Position numbers and translations under genes: made by a program
Virus record (IMG/VR): IMGVR_UViG_3300005326_000042
Span: 64,001 to 128,000 of that record
Length of the DNA: 64,000 bases
From: a virus
Taxonomy: Duplodnaviria > Heunggongvirae > Uroviricota > Caudoviricetes
Direction: 5' to 3' (one strand)
The notes under the pieces: generated by a model
Told to the model about the DNA's origin: nothing
Seen by the model: only the letters and a program-made list of their open reading frames with translations
The model's database searches: none
Part shown: piece by piece, positions 39,382-47,380 of the stretch
Layout of the letters: the number at the start of each line of letters is the position of its first letter
Numbering within the stretch: position 1 is the stretch's first letter

Positions 39382-40172
39382 TCTTCCACAAAAGTAAATT
39401 CTCGTCTACTGCGGCTATATCTAATTTCTATTTTTCTCTTTATATTATAAATTGTTGATAGTTCTTTAACTCTGCTTTTTATAATCCAATTTGTTTTATT
39501 TGTGCTTAGATGTTCTTCGTGTAGTAGAACCCAACAGGTGTCTTTATCTTTAATTATGTCGTAATAGTTTCTTTTGTTTATTCTATGACCTTGAGGAATT
39601 TGGAAAATTATAATCTCAAAAATATATATTCTATTCCCAGCGGGCTGTTGACGTTGTTTATAAGAAGTGAGCATTATTGTTTGAAGTTGCGACTGTGGTC
39701 CTATTTCTATTTCTTCTATTTTATTTTTTATTTTATTTATATTGTCTCCTATTTCTGTTATTTTTGAGTTTAGCTGGCTCATTTCTTTAAATATTCTGTT
39801 TCTTTCGTTTTTAATAAGATTTAATCCTTCTATTATTCTTTTATATGATGTTCTATTTATTATTTTTCGTACCATTTCTGTTCTTCTCGGTCTTATCGAT
39901 GGTTTAATGGGTTGGTGAGAGCCGCCAGAGTTTACGATACTTATTTCAAGCCTCGTAGTGTTTATTTCTTTTTCAACTCTCCTTATTGACTTATCTAGTT
40001 CTTGTATTTTTATACCATTTTTGATTATTTCAAACTTTATCTCTTTTACATTTGTTCTATATGCTTCGAGTTCTTTTTGCAACGCATCTTTTGTAAGGTT
40101 TCTCTTTATTATAGTTTCTCTCCATTCTTGATAGGTTCTTTCTGGAATTATGTTGGAGGTATTCTCTTTCAT
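39324..40172 (-). CDS. Hypothetical protein with long coiled coils
   Basis: 282-aa ORF, heptad pattern; lone minus-strand gene. Confidence 0.6.
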   Translation of the reverse strand: MKENTSNIIPERTYQEWRETIIKRNLTKDALQKELEAYRTNVKEIKFEIIKNGIKIQELDKSIRRVEKEINTTRLEISIVNSGGSHQPIKPSIRPRRTEMVRKIINRTSYKRIIEGLNLIKNERNRIFKEMSQLNSKITEIGDNINKIKNKIEEIEIGPQSQLQTIMLTSYKQRQQPAGNRIYIFEIIIFQIPQGHRINKRNYYDIIKDKDTCWVLLHEEHLSTNKTNWIIKSRVKELSTIYNIKRKIEIRYSRSRREFTFVEDYSSSSARREQLQLAHSRR

Positions 40173-40397
40173 ATAAGACTCTCACGCATCAAATTATTTA
40201 AGTTTAGTGGTTGATGCTAAAATGTGTAGATTAGTCCATCAATGTTTATATCCATACGCCATTTAGAATTCCTTTAAACCCTCTTTTCTTTTACCTACCT
40301 CATAACTCCTGTGCGAGGTAGGAATTTCCTATTTTATGAAATATTTTAATAATTTGCGACCGAAACATTTAAATATTATAAATTACATATTATATTT

Positions 40398-40492
40398 AGC
40401 ACTCAACTCCGACTCAAATAATCTGTAAGTTAAATCCTTCCTGCCCGAATAATCTCCTCTCTTCCCTCCTGGAGTTTGGGTTGAGTGCTTTT
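40398..40492 (+). ncRNA. Candidate ~92-nt sRNA: long terminal stem with a pyrimidine-rich loop
   Basis: Starts ~25 nt after CGAAACATTTAAATA; ~18-bp stem AGCACTCAAC.../...GTTGAGTGCT followed by TTT. Confidence 0.55.
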
Positions 40493-40537
40493 AGATTTTG
40501 ATGGAAAGGTTTTTATATTTTGAAGAACATCTATAGT

Positions 40538-40600
40538 ATGGCTTAGTGGGATTATATTGTTTTCTGTAACATATAAAAGACCAACCCACTAAGCCATTTC
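40538..40600 (+). ncRNA. Candidate ~60-nt hairpin sRNA
   Basis: Own TATA (GAAAGGTTTTTATA, ~40504); perfect 13-bp stem ATGGCTTAGTGGG/CCCACTAAGCCAT. Confidence 0.45.
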
Positions 40601-40633
40601 TATTTATTTCTAAAATAGATAACTTTATATAGT

Positions 40634-41545
40634 ATGAGATATCTTATTTGCTGGGTCTTTTATATGGAAGAAATTAAATTTGATTTTGTATTAGCGGATG
40701 TTTTAGCGTTGCCTTTGTATAGGAACAAGGTTTGGTTGCATTACGAGATAGATGTGGAAAAGAAAACTCAAAAACGGGTTGCAAAAGATTTTGGGATAAA
40801 TAAATCGTCTATTTCTTATTGGTATAGTGAGGAAAGGAGAATCCACAGAAAACAATATAATAATACATATAGAGAGGAAAATAAAGAAAAATGTTCGGAA
40901 TACGGTAAACAGTACAGAAGAAACAACATGCAAAGGATTAAGAAGTATAATAAAGAATATCAAAAGGATTATCGTATTAAAAATAGAGATAAAATTAATC
41001 GGCAGGTAAGAGAAATAGTGAAGAATATTAAAATTCAAGCTTTCGAAATTCTAGGTGGATGTAAATGTCAATTATGCGAGGTAACAGATGTAGATGAACT
41101 TACTATAGATCATATTGATTCAACAGGGTATTTAGACAAAAAAGAAGGGTATTCTGATCAAACATTATATTATGCTATTGTTAAAGGAACTTATCCAAAA
41201 GAAAGATTATCGAATTTAAGAGTCCTTTGCTACAATCACAACGATGCGAGGATTAGAGAATATCTAGATCTTCCTTATGAACTACAGACCAAATATCAAA
41301 GAAGCCAAACTAAACTCTGGAAAGAAGCTTTTGACTTCTTTGGAGGATGTCCATGCGGAATTACGGAATTAAAATTCTTAACAGTTTCTCACATTCACAA
41401 CGATGGGGCTGAACGGAGGAGGAATGGAGAACCCGGTGGGTATGGTTTATTAAAAAGATTTAGAAGACTTGGTTGGACCGAATCTTTGAAGAACGATTAT
41501 AGGCTTGAATGTGCGAATTGTAACTGTAAAAAGAAAACATTTTAA
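40634..41545 (+). CDS. Double HNH-like endonuclease (paralog of 38353; start may be 40664)
   Basis: CQLC..LTIDHID..LRVLCYNHN plus CPCG..SHIHNDG..LECANCNC. Confidence 0.8.
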   Translation: MRYLICWVFYMEEIKFDFVLADVLALPLYRNKVWLHYEIDVEKKTQKRVAKDFGINKSSISYWYSEERRIHRKQYNNTYREENKEKCSEYGKQYRRNNMQRIKKYNKEYQKDYRIKNRDKINRQVREIVKNIKIQAFEILGGCKCQLCEVTDVDELTIDHIDSTGYLDKKEGYSDQTLYYAIVKGTYPKERLSNLRVLCYNHNDARIREYLDLPYELQTKYQRSQTKLWKEAFDFFGGCPCGITELKFLTVSHIHNDGAERRRNGEPGGYGLLKRFRRLGWTESLKNDYRLECANCNCKKKTF

Positions 41546-41549
41546 GTAA

Positions 41550-41578
41550 TCATTTTTATTCAATTAACTTTTTTAAAA
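41550..41578 (+). promoter_or_regulatory. Putative late promoter motif (29-nt exact copy at 60547)
   Basis: TCATTTTTATTCAATTAACTTTTTTAAAA upstream of the head operon. Confidence 0.7.
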
Positions 41579-41614
41579 TCACTAATATATCACGACTTAA
41601 CACATTAAGCTTTA

Positions 41615-43216
41615 ATGCCGTCTGGATTTAGAGCAAATTTTCCAATAAATAATTTAAAATTTGAGTCTTCGGATTCAGGATTAATGGTAGATCTTCTAGC
41701 TATAGGCATAAATACTCCCATGCCTGTTGTTAATCCAGAAACTGGCGACAATCTTTTTAATGAGGATGGAACTCCTAAAACCTTCGCGGCAACGGAACAA
41801 TTATTGAGAGATGCCGTTGAGCATTTTGAAGGTGGAATTCTTAATTTAAATCACACTCCAGTTAAAGTTGGAGACATAAGTTCTGTTTATTTTTCTAACG
41901 GATTCGCTTTAAAAGGTTTGGTAACATGCGATAGAATAGCAGATCATGTTAGAAATAATACATATTCTGGTTTGAGCGCGGAAGGTCAGGTTTTGGGAAA
42001 TCCTACCTCTCCAAATGCGATTCGAGTTACTGCTGTTTCATTTTTAACTGAACTTCCTGGAGCATGTGATAAAGAAATTTGTCACGTAAAAGCTTTTGCT
42101 GGAAGCGATGGTGCGGAAGATGTTGATTTTGAGGCTTCTTGGGAACCCGCATACGAAAAATACTGGTCATATATAATAGACCAAAATGAGAAAATTAATC
42201 AATCCCGCGCAAAGAAAATATTCCTTCTTCTAGATGGAGATCCCCAGAATAAAGGATCTTGGAAATATCCTTGTGCAGTTATCGGCTCTGATGGCGAACC
42301 TCACGATGATGAAGAGGGCTTAATGGCCGCATACAAAAGGGCCGCGCAGCAAGGCGAAACGGGATTATTTTCTAAGATTAAATCTAGGATGCGCAAGATT
42401 GGTATGGAAATTCCTGATGGATTAAAGGGCTCCAAACCAAAGCTCCAAGTTCAATACGATAAAGAAAACAAGAAGTTTTCTGCATCTGTTTTAGATCCCC
42501 TTACTAATGATATTTTAGAAACTCAAGAAGTGATTGTTGTTGAAAATTCTCCAAATATTAAGGACGGAGTAAACATGCCGAAAAAAGAAGAAAAAGTTGA
42601 AGTAGCGGAGGAAGCTCCGGCCACAGAAAAGGCTATCGAAGCTCCGCCCGCGAAAGCTGAAGTTCCTGTTGTTGAAACCCCAGTAATTCCTGAAAAGAAA
42701 GAGGAACCTGCGGTTAAGACAGAGGAAGTTGAGAAGAAAGAGATTCCTGTTATAAAGCCGGAGATTTTGGAAAACGAAATTCATGAACTTGATCCTTGGG
42801 TTGTAATAAAGTCAACTCTTGGGATTTCCAACATGGATGAGTTTAACCAGATAAAATCTGCTGCTGAGAAACTTCCGTCTCTTGAAAATAAAGTAAAGGA
42901 ACTTTCCAGTTATAAGGCCGAATCTCAGAAGAAATGGATTCGTGAGACGTATTCGCCAGCTATTTGGGACGGTAAAACAAAGATTGGAGATTCTGAAGTT
43001 CCTAAAATAGATGTTGTGTTCGAACAATATCTTAAAGATCCTGCCGCGTTTGTTCAGGAAAATTTTGAAGATTCCATGTCTTTTGCAGCTTCTAAAAAGG
43101 GTGTAAAAATGGCAGGCTCTGCTGTAGAATCTGTTGAGACTGAAAAAACTAGACGAGAAGCGGAAGTTGACGGCGCGGTTAGTCACATCTTCCATAAGAC
43201 AGGAAAAAGACGTTAA
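41615..43216 (+). CDS. Prohead protease/scaffold fusion
   Basis: N-terminal LNLNH...G...GLSAE...AVS protease-like domain; acidic Pro/Glu linker; helical scaffold C-terminus; position upstream of decoration gene and MCP. Confidence 0.75.
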   Translation: MPSGFRANFPINNLKFESSDSGLMVDLLAIGINTPMPVVNPETGDNLFNEDGTPKTFAATEQLLRDAVEHFEGGILNLNHTPVKVGDISSVYFSNGFALKGLVTCDRIADHVRNNTYSGLSAEGQVLGNPTSPNAIRVTAVSFLTELPGACDKEICHVKAFAGSDGAEDVDFEASWEPAYEKYWSYIIDQNEKINQSRAKKIFLLLDGDPQNKGSWKYPCAVIGSDGEPHDDEEGLMAAYKRAAQQGETGLFSKIKSRMRKIGMEIPDGLKGSKPKLQVQYDKENKKFSASVLDPLTNDILETQEVIVVENSPNIKDGVNMPKKEEKVEVAEEAPATEKAIEAPPAKAEVPVVETPVIPEKKEEPAVKTEEVEKKEIPVIKPEILENEIHELDPWVVIKSTLGISNMDEFNQIKSAAEKLPSLENKVKELSSYKAESQKKWIRETYSPAIWDGKTKIGDSEVPKIDVVFEQYLKDPAAFVQENFEDSMSFAASKKGVKMAGSAVESVETEKTRREAEVDGAVSHIFHKTGKRR

Positions 43217-43232
43217 ATTTTGGTGATAATTT

Positions 43233-43877
43233 ATGGCAAACAGATATTCCGTTGAGGCCGTAAAAGGTCGAACAAACTATATGGACGGGCGTGTTTCCGG
43301 CCCCGTAGTTTTAGATGCTTTTGTGGAACAGGGCGCGATTACTGTAACTAACGCAAATACAGTTGAGTACAAAGGTAAGAAGCTTGGAATGAAGTCTCTA
43401 ACTTTTGCCACTGAGTTTAATATCGATACAGTAAACGCTGGAGATCAATTTATGCAGCTTGCTTCAGATAGCGAAGGCACAACTGCATATACCTACGAAG
43501 CACTAAAAGGAAAACCCATTGTAACAGCCATTTCTGGCACTGGAGGAGTTGCAGGAAATCTTCTGACTTACGGAGGCTCTCTTGTAAACGAACCAACAAC
43601 CACGGCTGCTGCGAACACAATTACAGAAAGGGTTTCCGGTCTGTACTATCGTGTTGAGGCTGTAAAATTCTACGCTATGGAATACCATCCTGTAAAGGTT
43701 CTGGTAACTGGTGAGGCCGCAATTGTTCCTGGAGATGCCCTTACTTATGATGTGAGCGCAGATGCTTGGGTTAAGGATGCAGATGGTACTGCCGTAATTT
43801 CATGCCACTATGCAGGATCTGACGCTTTGTATGTCGGAGCACTCTTTGGCCCGCGCTTCGCAGTATCTCAGGCGTAA
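43233..43877 (+). CDS. Head decoration/cement protein
   Basis: Between scaffold and MCP; Gly/Ala/Val beta-rich; AAIVPGDAL motif. Confidence 0.65.
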   Translation: MANRYSVEAVKGRTNYMDGRVSGPVVLDAFVEQGAITVTNANTVEYKGKKLGMKSLTFATEFNIDTVNAGDQFMQLASDSEGTTAYTYEALKGKPIVTAISGTGGVAGNLLTYGGSLVNEPTTTAAANTITERVSGLYYRVEAVKFYAMEYHPVKVLVTGEAAIVPGDALTYDVSADAWVKDADGTAVISCHYAGSDALYVGALFGPRFAVSQA

Positions 43878-43887
43878 GGTGATATAA

Positions 43888-44859
43888 ATGCCACAACCTC
43901 CACATAATGATATTTACTACAACGATCAAGATATAATCTCTAAGATTGTTAGAGAACTTCTGCTTCCTGAACTTCCGATGTTAACCAGAATTCCGTTTAC
44001 TCTGGTGGATCAGAAGACGATAATTGCGAAGAGACAGTCTTATACTGTAGACTCAGATCCCCATAAGAAGTTAGCTTCTAAAGGTGGTACGACTCTTGGT
44101 GCATGGCCTACCGTAACTCTCAGTCAAGATGAGGCCGTAAGCCTAAACACCGCCATGAGAAAGACTAGAGCCGAGTTTACTGTAGATGACCTCGCTCTTG
44201 GAACTTTTGAGAAGGATGTAATGGAATGTTACGCCACTGCTGCATGGAATATCGCTGATGATATAAATGCTTCACTTGTTACAGCTATGATTAGCGGCTA
44301 TGGTGCTCAAACAACCCAATTTGATATTAAGACATCTGGCGTTTGGTCTGGAAACGCAAACCCAATTGGAGATATCAGGGCTATTGCTCAGGATATGAAA
44401 GCCAAGAGGGGCTACAAGTTGGACACCATCATCGTCGAGACTACAAACTATCAGGAAATGTTTGACTTTTTAGAAACGAATGACCTTGATGTCGATTATG
44501 CTAGAAATCAGATTGCTCCAGACAGGAGATTCTACGAGGAAATAACCTACCTTAAAGTCCCTGGCTGCTGGGTGATTGGTGTCACATCAGATACCGGACT
44601 CTCTGAGGGCGCTATTCTCGGTCTTGGAACCTTCAAGGGAACTCCCTGCGTAGAGAACCTTGCCTACTTCGATCCAAAGTTCGGGAACAAAGAAGTTGTC
44701 GAGGGTGACACTCAGGGTATTGGTCCCGCTAACATACCATTGAACGTTAATCCTTACACAATGCCGGATAATAGAACCAGCATGGTCGAAATGTGGATTG
44801 ATAGTGTTCCAAATGTTGGCAATAGTTACGGCGTGTTCTATAAATCTTCCGGTATTTAA
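43888..44859 (+). CDS. Major capsid protein (HK97 fold)
   Basis: 323 aa, position after the decoration gene, WS...NPIGDI and DTIIV P/A-domain motifs; followed by a terminator. Confidence 0.85.
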   Translation: MPQPPHNDIYYNDQDIISKIVRELLLPELPMLTRIPFTLVDQKTIIAKRQSYTVDSDPHKKLASKGGTTLGAWPTVTLSQDEAVSLNTAMRKTRAEFTVDDLALGTFEKDVMECYATAAWNIADDINASLVTAMISGYGAQTTQFDIKTSGVWSGNANPIGDIRAIAQDMKAKRGYKLDTIIVETTNYQEMFDFLETNDLDVDYARNQIAPDRRFYEEITYLKVPGCWVIGVTSDTGLSEGAILGLGTFKGTPCVENLAYFDPKFGNKEVVEGDTQGIGPANIPLNVNPYTMPDNRTSMVEMWIDSVPNVGNSYGVFYKSSGI

Positions 44860-44875
44860 ACCGGAGGATTTTCTA
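44844..44875 (+). terminator. Hairpin terminator after MCP
   Basis: TCTTCCGGT-atttaa-ACCGGAGGA followed by TTTT. Confidence 0.65.
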
Positions 44876-44893
44876 ATTTTTTAGGAGGAAATT

Positions 44894-45406
44894 ATGAGAG
44901 AATCAAAGAAAGATACTGGGTCTATTTTTACAAAGAAGATAAAAGATACTGAAGAACCAGAGATACAGGATAATCTAGAGGAAGAATCTCCAAAAGCCGA
45001 ACTAGATCTGTCTAAAAAAGCAGATGATTTTTCTAGTCCAGAAAAGAGAGTCGCAAGTACAGAATTATCTGGAACCAATGTCCTAACTCGAACTATTCTC
45101 GTTGATGGTTTTGTAGATGATATAAGGAAAGTTGTCTCTGAACTTTCTCCCGGCGAAATTCCTATTGCCCTTGTAAAGGAAGAAGTTGTTAAGAGGAGAT
45201 ATGGTAGAGCTAGATATTTACTTGTTATTCGAAAGATTCCTGGATCTATAGAAAATGCGGTTATAGTAGAAGCAAAAGGTATCGACGATCTGAACAGGAA
45301 GCTTTCTGAGAAACTGACTACTGAAACTAAGGTTCTGTTGGCTATGTCTCCTGTTAACAAGAGAGATCCGCAGAATATGTATGTTGCAATACTTGTAAAG
45401 GAGTGA
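44894..45406 (+). CDS. Hypothetical protein in the head module
   Basis: GGAGG RBS; acidic disordered N-terminus. Confidence 0.6.
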   Translation: MRESKKDTGSIFTKKIKDTEEPEIQDNLEEESPKAELDLSKKADDFSSPEKRVASTELSGTNVLTRTILVDGFVDDIRKVVSELSPGEIPIALVKEEVVKRRYGRARYLLVIRKIPGSIENAVIVEAKGIDDLNRKLSEKLTTETKVLLAMSPVNKRDPQNMYVAILVKE

Positions 45407-45413
45407 ATCCCAA

Positions 45414-45932
45414 ATGGCCTCTTCCGTTAGTGACTGGGTAAAAGTGTACTGGTCAACCCTAGAAACTCAACTCGACGCGATAGATACAGATCTATTCGAC
45501 GAACTAGCTGCTGAGGCCGTAACTCGTATTGCCGAGTTTGATACTTCTTTTCTTTCTACTTCTGCTATAACCCGCGCACAAGCATTATATGTTTGTGTCG
45601 AGTCGGGTGGATTTTCGAGCGTAGGCGGCTATGCGGCTGAAAGACATTATGATACTCTCAAATTGTTCGATAGAACTTGGAAAAAACAAACAAATTATGA
45701 TATGTGGATAGGTGAACTTTGCAGATTGTTGAGAGTTACACCGAAGGAACTTCTTGCTAAGAGCGCAACTGCTAGAGCATCACTCTACAACAAATACAAG
45801 ATTAATAGCGTGTTCCTAGCCCCAGATTTATCACAAAGAGCCTCGCCGTTTAGGGATTATGAGATGGACGACGTCCGCACTGACCGCAAAGACTACCCAC
45901 TCGATAATAGGTACGGAGATCCAGACGGATGA
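45414..45932 (+). CDS. Putative head-tail adaptor
   Basis: Helical; position after MCP. Confidence 0.5.
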   Translation: MASSVSDWVKVYWSTLETQLDAIDTDLFDELAAEAVTRIAEFDTSFLSTSAITRAQALYVCVESGGFSSVGGYAAERHYDTLKLFDRTWKKQTNYDMWIGELCRLLRVTPKELLAKSATARASLYNKYKINSVFLAPDLSQRASPFRDYEMDDVRTDRKDYPLDNRYGDPDG

Positions 45933-46492
45933 TCGGCTCCGAATCCTACACCGTAACCCGTCCATATTCCTATCTCTATAGCGGAGCTAGTGGAACCAAT
46001 AAAACCCCAACTACAACTCCCCCAACAGGAGGTTGTTGCCTAAGAATAGAAGGTGTCGGAACCGCAGGGACTGTTAAGATTTACGGAACTTACGGTGGAG
46101 TTGTCACAACAGAAACTATCTCCACTTTCGACACCGATAAAGTTGGATTTAGTTATAACAAATGGACTGCAATAACTAAATTTGATATCACAACTTTTAC
46201 TTCTGTTGTTATATATCCTGCATCATCTAGCGGAGAGAAAATTCGACTGTCAACATCATCAACATTTGTCTTGATGTGCGATTCTTATGACATAAATGAA
46301 ACTCAATTCCGTGGAGAATATATAGAATATGGTGGAAAGACGTATAAGACTTACAAAGCCATACAATATGATGACAGATTTACTTTACAGTTTGATGATA
46401 AAGTTACGATTGATGGGATAGATTATAGGATTGTGTCGATTAAGTCAGACCGAAAAGGTGGGAAGCTCGCGTTTGGAGTGGTGTGGCGATGA
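45929..46492 (+). CDS. Putative head closure/head-tail joining protein
   Basis: C-terminal DKVTIDGIDYRIVSI motif typical of SPP1 gp16-like proteins. Confidence 0.55.
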   Translation: MIGSESYTVTRPYSYLYSGASGTNKTPTTTPPTGGCCLRIEGVGTAGTVKIYGTYGGVVTTETISTFDTDKVGFSYNKWTAITKFDITTFTSVVIYPASSSGEKIRLSTSSTFVLMCDSYDINETQFRGEYIEYGGKTYKTYKAIQYDDRFTLQFDDKVTIDGIDYRIVSIKSDRKGGKLAFGVVWR

Positions 46493-46881
46493 CTGAAAGC
46501 GTCGAAGAAGCCGCACAACAGATTTTCAGATGGGGCCTCCAGAGATGGCAGGAAACGGTTGCTGAAATTAAAGTCATGTCTGCCGAGGCGGAAGAAAATA
46601 TGAAAAATGGTGCTCCTGGTCCGGATTCTGGCACTCTAGATTCCGCTATTAAATCTGAAGATGAAGGAATGGGCCTTTGGAAATGGGGCGTAAAAACTTA
46701 CATTGAAGACATTCCAAATCCTATAACCGGATGGTCTGCTGCTTATTACGGAATGCTTTGGGAAAACGGCCACTTTAATTTCTATACAAAGAGATCCGAG
46801 CCTCCATTATATTACATGTCTGGTGGAGCTGAGGAAGCATATATGCATTTTATTTCTAGAATGGCTGGGTTGTGGGTGTAA
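46489..46881 (+). CDS. HK97-gp10-like tail component
   Basis: APGPDSGTLDSAI...Y...WE.GH pattern; position. Confidence 0.6.
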   Translation: MTESVEEAAQQIFRWGLQRWQETVAEIKVMSAEAEENMKNGAPGPDSGTLDSAIKSEDEGMGLWKWGVKTYIEDIPNPITGWSAAYYGMLWENGHFNFYTKRSEPPLYYMSGGAEEAYMHFISRMAGLWV

Positions 46882-47307
46882 ATGGCTTATTTGAATCCAT
46901 TAAGTACAATCGTAAAAACAATGAGGTCGGACGCAACTCTTATCGCTTTACTTCCTGCTTCAAAAATACACTCAAATTATATTCCAGATGAACCAAACCT
47001 TCCAGGAGTTTTTGTTACTCCCTTGAGAGTTCCCTTAAAGCAAATAATAGCTTCCGCTCATCAACCAGAACAAATACTTACTGGTACTGGAACTTGGCAA
47101 ATTGATGCGCTATCTGAGGAAAGTACAGAAAAGGCAGAAGAGATTGGTTTAAGGGCTTGCGAAGCTTGTTTACCTTCTATTCCAACCGCTGGTTTATTTG
47201 CTTTAGACTTTACTCAGTATAGCGTGTCGTTTGACAAGAGTTATGGGTGTTATAGAGCTATATATCGCTTAACTGCAAGATATATGGAATTAATTACAGG
47301 AACTTGA
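46882..47307 (+). CDS. Tail terminator/completion protein
   Basis: LI.LLP..KIH....P..P.LP; WQIDALS...AEEI pattern; position. Confidence 0.65.
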   Translation: MAYLNPLSTIVKTMRSDATLIALLPASKIHSNYIPDEPNLPGVFVTPLRVPLKQIIASAHQPEQILTGTGTWQIDALSEESTEKAEEIGLRACEACLPSIPTAGLFALDFTQYSVSFDKSYGCYRAIYRLTARYMELITGT

Positions 47308-47315
47308 ATTTATAT

Positions 47316-47360
47316 TTTTATATAATTAATTTTTTTAAATTAGTCTATTTATATTAATCC
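47316..47360 (+). promoter_or_regulatory. Putative late promoter motif upstream of the tape measure gene
   Basis: TTTTTATATAATTAATTTTTTTAAAT variant. Confidence 0.5.
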
Positions 47361-47380
47361 TCTTAACCTATCTCTGATTT

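Noticed and set aside
40294-40322. 8-bp hairpin CCTACCTC/GAGGTAGG
   Set aside because: Short and lacks its own promoter or terminator context; could be a leader element of the minus-strand gene, so not called as an RNA gene
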